Below, piece by piece: positions 56,659 to 64,000 of a stretch of DNA of 64,000 nt (its first letter is position 1; every line of letters begins with the position of its first letter). The position numbers and the translations under genes are program-made. The notes beneath the pieces are model-generated. The model searched no databases and was not told the origin of the DNA. It was given only the letters and a program-made list of their open reading frames with translations. Origin of the DNA: Bacteroidota bacterium (GTDB lineage: Bacteria; Bacteroidota; Bacteroidia; Cytophagales; Cyclobacteriaceae); assembly GCA_018267285.1 (NCBI GenBank), contig JAFDYU010000006.1, forward strand, positions 14,194 through 78,193. The letters are read 5' to 3'.

Positions 56659-57792
56659 GTGAGAACCTGGATCCGACATTCGATATCTTTTATAGAAAAT
56701 GAAAAATCAGGAGGTGTTCTATTGCTGGCCTGCACGATCTTTTCGTTAACATTAGCCAATAGCCAGACTGGAAGTGGTTACACTCATTTTTGGCACACGA
56801 ATTTTTTTTCTAAGCCTCTTGAATTTTGGGTCAATGAGGTATTGATGTCTTTTTTCTTTTTACTGGTAGGCTTAGAGATTAAGCGCGAAATTTTTGTAGG
56901 TGAGCTAAACGATTTTAAGAAGTCAGTTTTGCCGGTGCTTGCTGCATTTGGTGGTATGTTGCTGCCGGCTTTAATTCATTTTGTGTTCAATCACGGCACG
57001 GTAACCCAAAACGGCTACGGTATCCCGATGGCAACGGATATAGCTTTTTCGCTTGGGCTTCTGTCTTTGTTGGGCAAACGAATTCCGCTGTCATCTAAAG
57101 TATTTCTTACCGCATTGGCAATTATTGACGACCTGGGAGCAATCATTATCATTGCGATTTTTTATACCGATCACCTTTCGTTCACACACTTTGGCATGGC
57201 TGCTCTGGTTGCGGCTTCCTTGTTGGTGTTAAATCGGTTACAAGTCTCAAACTCGTTATTTTACCTTGCACTGGGAGGTGCGCTCTGGTATTTTCTTTAT
57301 CGGGCCGGCATCCACCCAACCATTGCGGGCGTTGCGCTAGCTTTTGCCATTCCGCTCGGCACTGGTAACTATAGTTCGTTATCTGCTGTTTGGCAACATC
57401 GGTTACACAAACCGATTACGTTTGTAGTATTGCCCATTTTTGCCATGGCAAATACAGCCATTGTTTTGCCGAATGCGGTTGGCATGGAGCTCCTATCGCA
57501 CAACAGCCTTGGAATATTTTTTGGTTTAGTGCTGGGCAAACCGCTCGGCATTTTTTTGTTTGCTTGGGCTGGTGTAACTCTTGGTTGGTGTGTGCTTCCG
57601 CAGCGTATGCAACTGAAGCACGTGTTTGCGGTGGGTATATTAGCAGGCATTGGGTTTACGATGTCCATATTCATCACCCTGCTTGCTTTTGATGAAACCC
57701 ATCTGGTTGACGAGTCTAAAATGGCTGTACTTTTGGGGTCGTTTGTTTCTGGTACGATCGGGATTTTTGCATTGATGAAGGTTTATCGGTAA
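56659..57792 (+). CDS. nhaA: Na+/H+ antiporter NhaA
   Basis: FIENEKSGGVLLLACTIFSLTLANS, FFLLVGLEIKRE and ALAIIDDLGAIIIIAIFY (the DD motif). GTG start. Confidence 0.88.
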   Translation: MRTWIRHSISFIENEKSGGVLLLACTIFSLTLANSQTGSGYTHFWHTNFFSKPLEFWVNEVLMSFFFLLVGLEIKREIFVGELNDFKKSVLPVLAAFGGMLLPALIHFVFNHGTVTQNGYGIPMATDIAFSLGLLSLLGKRIPLSSKVFLTALAIIDDLGAIIIIAIFYTDHLSFTHFGMAALVAASLLVLNRLQVSNSLFYLALGGALWYFLYRAGIHPTIAGVALAFAIPLGTGNYSSLSAVWQHRLHKPITFVVLPIFAMANTAIVLPNAVGMELLSHNSLGIFFGLVLGKPLGIFLFAWAGVTLGWCVLPQRMQLKHVFAVGILAGIGFTMSIFITLLAFDETHLVDESKMAVLLGSFVSGTIGIFALMKVYR

Positions 57793-57811
57793 AAATTTAA
57801 CTGCACCGATG

Positions 57812-57842
57812 TTTGTAACTTCGTAAACCTTGCTTATTATTG
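57812..57842 (+). promoter_or_regulatory. Candidate Bacteroidetes sigma-A promoter upstream of the THX gene
   Basis: TTTG (57812-57815), a 19-nt spacer, then TATTATTG (57835-57842), one mismatch to TAnnTTTG. Lies 22 nt upstream of the THX ATG. Confidence 0.35.
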
Positions 57843-57863
57843 CCCCATAATTTTTAAACTTCA

Positions 57864-58046
57864 ATGGGACGAGGAGACAAAAAATCTAAAAAAGGCAAGC
57901 GATCGCACGGATCGTATGGTGTGTCGAGAAACAGAAAAAAAATTAAAACTCGTTTAAAGCGCACGGCAAGTAAGAAGCCTTCAGCTTCTAAAAGTGAAAC
58001 CGCAAAACCTAAAGCTCGTAAAACAGCTAAGAAAAAAGAAGAATAA
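57864..58046 (+). CDS. 30S ribosomal protein THX with lysine-rich C-terminal extension
   Basis: The N-terminus MGRGDKKSKKGKRSHGSYGVSRNRKK follows the Thermus/Bacteroidetes THX pattern MGKGD(R/K)4GK…G(T/S)YG..R.RKK. Confidence 0.8.
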   Translation: MGRGDKKSKKGKRSHGSYGVSRNRKKIKTRLKRTASKKPSASKSETAKPKARKTAKKKEE

Positions 58047-58049
58047 CAC

Positions 58050-58121
58050 ATGAATAAAATCTCTGCAAATGCATGGTGGTGGTACAGATCATTTTTTGAT
58101 CGGTGTCCGGCTATGCCTTAG
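58050..58121 (+). CDS. trp operon leader peptide (23 codons, three consecutive Trp codons)
   Basis: ATG at 58050, MNKISANAWWWYRSFFDRCPAMP, TAG at 58119. TGG TGG TGG at 58074-58082. Followed by a terminator directly upstream of trpE. Confidence 0.7.
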   Translation: MNKISANAWWWYRSFFDRCPAMP

Positions 58122-58146
58122 TGGAAGGTAATTACGATAAAATCAG

Positions 58147-58178
58147 AAGCCCGCCCGATCATTCGAGCGGGCTTTTTT
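58147..58178 (+). terminator. Rho-independent terminator / trp attenuator
   Basis: AAGCCCGC (58147-58154) pairs with GCGGGCTT (58167-58174). The stem is extendable by CGA/TCG around a TCAT tetraloop. A T-run runs through 58178, about 20 nt before the trpE ATG. Confidence 0.8.
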
Positions 58179-58197
58179 ATTTAAAACCATTAAAGGA

Positions 58198-59574
58198 ATG
58201 AAATACAAATTACATACTTATCAAAAAAAGATTCTGGCCGATACACTAACCCCCGTGAATATTTATTTAAAACTCCGCGATGAGTTCATGGGCAGTATTT
58301 TACTCGAAAGTTCCGATTATCACGGACGCGAAAACAGCCTTTCTTTTATTTGCTGCCAGCCAATTGCCTCGCTCGAACTGAAGCGTGATGAAATAGAGCT
58401 TAAATACCCGGACAGCTCATCTAAAAAAATTAAACTTTTAAATAATCGGTTGGAATCGGTTATCGATGAATTTAGAAACTCGTTCGAACTCGATACGCCC
58501 GAGCCACGATTCGGGTTGTTCGGGTACACTGCCTTCGATGCAATCCGTTTTTTCGAGAACGTGGAGATATCCAAACACCAGGATGCGATTCCGGATATGT
58601 TATATAAACTCTACCGGTATGTTATTGTTATCGATCATTTTTCGAACGAAATGACTTTGCTCGAATTTACGGATGGAACCAACACGCTCGATCGGATTGA
58701 GCAACTGATTTTGAGTAACAAGTTTTCTACGTTCAAATTCTACACAACTGGTGAAGAACAATCTAATCTCACCGATGATGATTTTATGAAAATGGTAGAA
58801 AAGGGTAAAGAACATTGTTTTCGGGGTGATGTATTCCAGATTGTATTGTCACGCAGGTTTTCGGTTTCATTTAAAGGGGATGAATTTAATGTATATCGGG
58901 CGCTGAGGTCGATCAATCCATCGCCCTACTTGTTTTATTTCGACTACGGAAATTTTAAACTTTTTGGTTCTTCACCCGAAGCTCAGTTGCAGATAAAAAA
59001 TAACGAGGCGTTCATTTATCCGATAGCCGGAACATTCCGCAGGAGCGGAAGTGATGAAGAAGATGCGGCCTTAGCCGAGCGGCTTGCTGCCGATGAGAAA
59101 GAGAATGCTGAACACGTGATGCTCGTAGATCTGGCCCGAAACGACATGAGCCGCCATGCCGATCAGGTGAAAGTTAACGTTTTCAAAGAAATACAGTTTT
59201 ACTCGCACGTGATACACTTGGTTTCTAAGGTGTCTGGAAAACTACTGAAAGGTTCGTCTGTTGTACGGATGTTTACCGGCACATTCCCGGCCGGAACACT
59301 CTCGGGTGCACCTAAAGTGATGGCCATGAACCTGATTAACAAATACGAAAACATCAACCGCAGTTTTTATGGTGGAGCAATCGGTATGATTGGCTTTGAT
59401 GGTTCGCTAAACAAAGCGATTATGATCCGAACATTCTTAAGTAAGAACAATCAATTGATTTTCCAAGCAGGCAGTGGAATCGTCTCAAGGTCGGTAAAAG
59501 AAAACGAACTCCAAGAAGTGAGCAATAAACTGGCTGCCTTACGCAGAGCCATTAAACAAGCAGAACAAATTTAA
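58198..59574 (+). CDS. trpE: Anthranilate synthase component I
   Basis: 458 aa with LLESSDYHG, SPEAQLQ, GTFPAGTLSGAPK and GGAIGMIGFDG motifs. Confidence 0.92.
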   Translation: MKYKLHTYQKKILADTLTPVNIYLKLRDEFMGSILLESSDYHGRENSLSFICCQPIASLELKRDEIELKYPDSSSKKIKLLNNRLESVIDEFRNSFELDTPEPRFGLFGYTAFDAIRFFENVEISKHQDAIPDMLYKLYRYVIVIDHFSNEMTLLEFTDGTNTLDRIEQLILSNKFSTFKFYTTGEEQSNLTDDDFMKMVEKGKEHCFRGDVFQIVLSRRFSVSFKGDEFNVYRALRSINPSPYLFYFDYGNFKLFGSSPEAQLQIKNNEAFIYPIAGTFRRSGSDEEDAALAERLAADEKENAEHVMLVDLARNDMSRHADQVKVNVFKEIQFYSHVIHLVSKVSGKLLKGSSVVRMFTGTFPAGTLSGAPKVMAMNLINKYENINRSFYGGAIGMIGFDGSLNKAIMIRTFLSKNNQLIFQAGSGIVSRSVKENELQEVSNKLAALRRAIKQAEQI

Positions 59575-59576
59575 TT

Positions 59577-60143
59577 ATGAAAATACTGGTATTAGACAAC
59601 TACGATTCGTTTACGTACAACCTGGTGCACATCCTTCGCGAGCTCGGGCATCAACCGGATGTATTTAGAAACGATCAGATTGATGTTGCAGAAGTTGCGC
59701 GGTACGATAAAATATTAATTTCACCTGGGCCGGGAATCCCGGATGAGGCCGGCATTATGAAACAGCTTATACACAGCTACGCTGCTACAAAAAGCATTTT
59801 GGGAATTTGTCTGGGGCATCAAGGTATTGCCGAATCTTTTGGAGCTCAACTCTACAACCTACCCAATGTATTGCATGGAGTTACTTCGATAACGAAAGTC
59901 ATCGATTCAAAAGAAAAACTCTTCACGGGTGTTGCAGTAAATTTTCAAACTACCCATTACCATTCGTGGGCAGTAAAACCGGAAACCATTCCCCCTGAAT
60001 TGAACGTTACAGCCGTAAACGATGATGGCCTGATTATGGGGTTGAGCCATATTCACTACGATGTGAAAGGATTACAGTTTCACCCCGAGTCGGTGATGAC
60101 AACCGAAGGGCCTAAAATAATTTCGAATTGGTTAAAAAACTGA
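59577..60143 (+). CDS. trpG: Anthranilate synthase component II (glutamine amidotransferase)
   Basis: ILVLDNYDSFTYNLV, ILGICLGHQ and LQFHPES. 188 aa. Confidence 0.9.
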   Translation: MKILVLDNYDSFTYNLVHILRELGHQPDVFRNDQIDVAEVARYDKILISPGPGIPDEAGIMKQLIHSYAATKSILGICLGHQGIAESFGAQLYNLPNVLHGVTSITKVIDSKEKLFTGVAVNFQTTHYHSWAVKPETIPPELNVTAVNDDGLIMGLSHIHYDVKGLQFHPESVMTTEGPKIISNWLKN

Positions 60144-60227
60144 TGTTATTCAATTTTCTGTCAGCCTGAAGTTGAAGGCGTTCGGCAAACAACAGTCTCT
60201 TATTTAAAAAGAACAAATAGATACAAT

Positions 60228-61211
60228 GTGAAAAAAATACTTAGTGAATTAATCGAGCATCGATCCTTGAGCAAGGAAACAGCGCGACAAGTGTTGATCG
60301 ATTTGGCTTCGGGTAAATTCAATCCTAGCCAGGTTTCATCGTTTATAACGGTGTACATGATGCGCGGTGTTACACTTGATGAGCTTGCCGGCTTTCGCGA
60401 TGCCATGCTGGAGCTGTGTGTGCCCGTTTCATTCGATCAGCCCGTGATGGACTTGTGCGGTACCGGAGGCGATGCAAAAAATACGTTTAATATCTCAACA
60501 CTTTCATCGTTTGTGGTGGCCGCAGCTGGTCAGCCTGTGGCCAAACACGGCAACTATGGGGTTTCTTCGCTCTCCGGTTCCTCCAATGTTATGGAGTATT
60601 TTGGGTATCGGTTTACAAACGATGTTGACGAACTGAAGAAATCATTGGAGCGGGCAAACATTTGTTTTATGCACGCACCTTTGTTTCACCCCGCAATGAA
60701 AAACGTTGCACCGATTCGAAAAGAACTGGGTGTAAAAACATTTTTTAACATGCTCGGACCAATGGTAAACCCCGCTTTCCCGAAGATACAACTGGTGGGC
60801 GTTTTTAATTTAGAGCTTGCACGTCAATATGCTTACTTATATCAGCAAACCGAGAAACAGTTTGTGATCGTACATTCGGTGGACGGCTATGATGAAGTTT
60901 CGTTGACAAGCCCGACAAAAGTTTTTTTTAACGGGGGTGAGTTGTTGCTCGAACCCGAAGATGTTAAAATGAAATTATTGCCAGACGATTTGCGGGGAGG
61001 GGATTCGGTTGAAGAATCGGCAACTATTTTTATGCGAATTTTAGAAGGCAAGGGTACAAGCCAACAAAATGCAGCCGTTATTGCCAATGCCGGAATGGCC
61101 TTGTTTTGCGCAAATCAAAACAAAGAGTTGAACACTTGTTTACTTAAAGCGGAAGAAGCACTTGAATCCGGGAAAGCGTTAAAAGCATTTAAGCAGTTGC
61201 TCAGTAAATAA
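60228..61211 (+). CDS. trpD: Anthranilate phosphoribosyltransferase
   Basis: MDLCGTGGDAKNTFNIST, VAKHGN and LGPMVNP. GTG start. Confidence 0.9.
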   Translation: MKKILSELIEHRSLSKETARQVLIDLASGKFNPSQVSSFITVYMMRGVTLDELAGFRDAMLELCVPVSFDQPVMDLCGTGGDAKNTFNISTLSSFVVAAAGQPVAKHGNYGVSSLSGSSNVMEYFGYRFTNDVDELKKSLERANICFMHAPLFHPAMKNVAPIRKELGVKTFFNMLGPMVNPAFPKIQLVGVFNLELARQYAYLYQQTEKQFVIVHSVDGYDEVSLTSPTKVFFNGGELLLEPEDVKMKLLPDDLRGGDSVEESATIFMRILEGKGTSQQNAAVIANAGMALFCANQNKELNTCLLKAEEALESGKALKAFKQLLSK

Positions 61212-61219
61212 GATTGCCA

Positions 61220-62011
61220 ATGAATATTTTAGAAAAAATAGTGCTGAAGAAGAAAACAGAAATTACTGACCGGAAAGCGTCCGCACCGATTAATGTTTTG
61301 GAAAAGAGCTCATTGTTTAAAAGAAAAACGGTTTCCTTGAAGCATGCTCTTCAGAATGGTAGGCATGGTATCATTGCTGAATTCAAAAGAAAATCTCCAT
61401 CCAAAGGAATTATCAATTCGATGGCATCTGTTAGAAATGTTACAAACGGTTATGTTCAGGCCGGGGCAAGTGCTTTATCCGTACTTACGGATGAAGAGTT
61501 TTTTGGTGGCAGCAATCAAGATTTAGTTACTGCAAGAAAATCTAATTCATGCCCGATACTTCGAAAAGATTTTATTATTGATGAATATCAGATTGTTGAA
61601 GCCAAGGCCATTGGGGCGGATGTGATCTTGTTAATTGCCGCAATATTAACACCGCAACAAGTAAAGAGCTTTAGCATCTTAGCCGGCTCGCTTGGCCTCG
61701 AAGTTTTGCTTGAAATCCATGACGAAGAAGAATTGAAAGCAAATTATGATTCTAATATTGGATTGATAGGTGTAAACAACCGAAATTTAAAAACCTTCGA
61801 AGTGGATGTAGAAAATTCGAAAAAGCTTTCGGAACTCATTCCCAAAGGAGCAGCCCGAATTTCCGAGAGCGGAATTAATTCCCCCAACACCATCATCGAA
61901 TTAAGAAAGTTTGGTTTTAAAGGTTTTTTGATGGGCGAAAATTTTATGAAACATCCTAATCCGGTAGTGGCAGCAAATGATTTTTTCACAAAACTCTCCG
62001 AACTGTCATGA
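61220..62011 (+). CDS. trpC: Indole-3-glycerol phosphate synthase
   Basis: IIAEFKRKSPSKG, LSVLTDEEFFGGS, ILRKDFIIDEYQI and GVNNRNL. Confidence 0.9.
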   Translation: MNILEKIVLKKKTEITDRKASAPINVLEKSSLFKRKTVSLKHALQNGRHGIIAEFKRKSPSKGIINSMASVRNVTNGYVQAGASALSVLTDEEFFGGSNQDLVTARKSNSCPILRKDFIIDEYQIVEAKAIGADVILLIAAILTPQQVKSFSILAGSLGLEVLLEIHDEEELKANYDSNIGLIGVNNRNLKTFEVDVENSKKLSELIPKGAARISESGINSPNTIIELRKFGFKGFLMGENFMKHPNPVVAANDFFTKLSELS

Positions 62012-62634
62012 ACAAGTTGAAAGTAAAAATCTGCGGAATGCGAGACCCAACAAATATTCTGGAAGTGGCCTCACTCGCTCCCGATTTTATGGGGTTTATT
62101 TTTTATGAAAAATCGAAACGATACGTGGGCAAAGATTTTAAAATACCCGAACTATTTCCTTCCGTTATAAAAAAAATTGGCGTGTTTGTTAATCAATCAA
62201 TAGACGAAATAGCTTTGCTGGCCAAGAAACATTCGCTTGATTACGCCCAACTACACGGAAATGAATCGGCTGATTTTTGCTTCAAGCTGAAAAATAAAAT
62301 TAAAGTGATTAAAGCTTTTTTAATCGATGAATCTTTTGATTTTTCGGAAACGGAAAAATACTGCAGTGTAGATTATTTTCTCTTCGATTCTAAATCTACC
62401 GACTATGGAGGTTCCGGTAAAACATTTGATTGGAACTTATTGCATAAGTTCCATGGCAATACACCGTTTTTCTTAAGTGGAGGTTTATCTGTCGAGAATC
62501 TCACTGACTTAAAAAAAATTCCTAATGCCAACTTTTACGCAATAGACATCAACAGTAAGGCCGAATCGGTCCCTGTCCTAAAAGACATGAATATTCTACA
62601 CTCGATGTTTAAAACATTAAACAATAATTCTTGA
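62008..62634 (+). CDS. trpF: Phosphoribosylanthranilate isomerase
   Basis: KVKICGMRD (catalytic Cys), QLHGNE, FLFDS…GGSGKTFDW and FLSGGL. ATGA overlap with trpC. Confidence 0.88.
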   Translation: MNKLKVKICGMRDPTNILEVASLAPDFMGFIFYEKSKRYVGKDFKIPELFPSVIKKIGVFVNQSIDEIALLAKKHSLDYAQLHGNESADFCFKLKNKIKVIKAFLIDESFDFSETEKYCSVDYFLFDSKSTDYGGSGKTFDWNLLHKFHGNTPFFLSGGLSVENLTDLKKIPNANFYAIDINSKAESVPVLKDMNILHSMFKTLNNNS

Positions 62635-62650
62635 TTTTAATTCTTTCATC

Positions 62651-63847
62651 ATGAAATACACAGTTGATAAACGAGGCTACTATGGAAACTTTGGAGGTGC
62701 ATATATTCCTGAAATGCTTTACCCAAATGTAGAAGAACTCAGGTCTAAATATGAGCAGATTATCGAATCTGATGATTTCCAAAGAGAATTTATGCATCTG
62801 CTAAAAAATTACGTAGGTAGGCCAACTCCCTTGTTTTTAGCCAAACGCCTTTCAGAAAAACACAATGCTACCATTTATTTAAAACGCGAAGATCTTTGCC
62901 ACACCGGTGCGCACAAAATTAACAACACCATTGGGCAAATTTTGCTCGCCAAAAAATTAGGCAAGCAAAAAATCATTGCCGAAACAGGTGCCGGGCAACA
63001 TGGAGTGGCCACAGCAACAGTTTGCGCACTCATGGGCATGGAGTGTGTAGTATACATGGGGCAACTCGACATGGAACGGCAGCGGCCTAACGTAGAACGA
63101 ATGGCTATTCTCGGGGCAAAAGTTGTTCCGGCTACGTCAGGCAAAATGACTTTGAAAGATGCAACCAACGAAGCCATGCGCCACTGGATAAACCACCCGG
63201 TGGATACGCATTACATTATCGGCTCGGTTGTAGGGCCACATCCTTACCCCGACATGGTGGCCAAGTTTCAATCGGTGATTAGCGATGAAATAAAAAAACA
63301 ACTGACAGAGGAAACAGGCAATCCTTTTCCCGATTATGTAATTGCTTGCGTGGGGGGTGGCAGCAACGCGGCTGGTGCGTTTTATCATTTTCTCAACCAT
63401 GAGCATGTAAAATTGATCGGTGTGGAAGCAGCCGGCAAAGGTGTGGATACGAACGAGTCAGCGGCCACTACAGTGCTTGGAAAAATTGGAATCCTTCACG
63501 GCAGTAAATCACTTTTAATGCAAACAGGCGATGGGCAGGTAATTGAACCGTACTCCATTTCGGCAGGGCTTGATTATCCCGGTATCGGCCCTATGCACGC
63601 GCATTTGTTTGAAACCGGGCGAGTTACTTTTTTGAACGCAACCGATGAAGAGGCCATGCAGGCCGGGGTTGAACTGAGCAGGCTCGAAGGAATAATCCCG
63701 GCCATTGAAAGTGCCCATGCCGTTGCTGCGCTCTCGAAACTTGAACTGAATCAGGAAGATGTTGTGGTTATCAATCTTTCGGGGCGTGGAGATAAAGATA
63801 TGGACACGTACATCAAATGGGGAAAATATAAATCGGAAATTTTTTAA
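62651..63847 (+). CDS. trpB: Tryptophan synthase beta chain
   Basis: [10 protein letters not shown], the [14 protein letters not shown]-lysine motif, [10 protein letters not shown] and GGGSNAAG. Confidence 0.95.
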   Translation: MKYTVDKRGYYGNFGGAYIPEMLYPNVEELRSKYEQIIESDDFQREFMHLLKNYVGRPTPLFLAKRLSEKHNATIYLKREDLCHTGAHKINNTIGQILLAKKLGKQKIIAETGAGQHGVATATVCALMGMECVVYMGQLDMERQRPNVERMAILGAKVVPATSGKMTLKDATNEAMRHWINHPVDTHYIIGSVVGPHPYPDMVAKFQSVISDEIKKQLTEETGNPFPDYVIACVGGGSNAAGAFYHFLNHEHVKLIGVEAAGKGVDTNESAATTVLGKIGILHGSKSLLMQTGDGQVIEPYSISAGLDYPGIGPMHAHLFETGRVTFLNATDEEAMQAGVELSRLEGIIPAIESAHAVAALSKLELNQEDVVVINLSGRGDKDMDTYIKWGKYKSEIF

Positions 63848-63861
63848 TTTTTGAAACAGAA

Positions 63862-64000
63862 ATGAAAAACAGAATCAATTATCTTTTTGAAAAAAAAAAT
63901 AAAGAAATCCTTTCCATCTTTTTCACGGCCGGGTTTCCCACTTTGAACGACACCGTAACCATTGCCATTGCTTTAGAAAAAGCAGGAGCCGACATAATCG
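63862..64000 (+). CDS. trpA: Tryptophan synthase alpha chain (5' part, runs off the window)
   Basis: Translation MKNRINYLFEKKNKEILSIFFTAGFPTLNDTVTIAIALEKAGADII matches the TrpA N-terminus. It is positioned after trpB. Confidence 0.8.
   Translation, partial: MKNRINYLFEKKNKEILSIFFTAGFPTLNDTVTIAIALEKAGADII

Noticed and set aside
58050-58121. Alternative small ORFs in the THX-trpE spacer (MHGGGTDHFLIGVRLCLSGR from 58072; MVVVQIIF from 58075) as the regulatory leader
   Set aside because: Neither contains Trp codons or any other regulatory codon run. Only the frame starting at 58050 reads the TGGTGGTGG as Trp-Trp-Trp and ends just before the terminator.

Overview
This is a 64-kb chromosomal window from a Bacteroidota-type genome. 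Lineage markers are a T9SS C-terminal sorting domain on a subtilase, ribosomal protein THX, a Bat-like VWA/TPR pair, GH97, and TTTG/TAnnTTTG-type promoter motifs.

Layout:
- 0-21.6 kb: mostly housekeeping and envelope genes. These include a BamA/TamA-like OMP, TrmH-family methylase, YhhQ-like transporter, RNase Z, STAS protein, purC, MORN-repeat protein, thiolase, an ECF sigma module, folC, trmB, GH97, a TrpF-like paralogue and an S8 protease.
- 21.7-54.4 kb: one uninterrupted plus-strand polysaccharide locus of about 33 kb. In order it carries wza-wzc, fcl-gmd, an SLC13 permease plus cysC-cysD-cysN (PAPS synthesis), a HisH/HisF2-like pair and wzm-wzt. It continues with methyl- and acetyltransferases, a CDP-hexose branch (rfbF-rfbG-cupin-SDR), seven glycosyltransferase-like genes, a sugar aminotransferase with acetyltransferase, a Wzy-like membrane protein and a NodU-type carbamoyltransferase.
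- Inside this locus, a RelE/ParE-type toxin-antitoxin cassette sits between cysN and hisH. It is flanked by roughly 257-bp diverged direct repeats that duplicate the cysN-hisH junction.
- 54.5-58 kb: DsbA-family protein, BNR/sialidase-like protein, nhaA and the THX gene.
- 58.05-64 kb: trpEGDCFB(A). It is preceded by an unannotated 23-codon leader ORF with three consecutive Trp codons and a terminator/antiterminator arrangement, starting 3 nt after the THX stop codon.

I recognised no rRNA, tRNA, CRISPR array, transposase or integrase. All calls rest on reading the translated ORFs and the DNA by eye. No database search or folding calculation was run.
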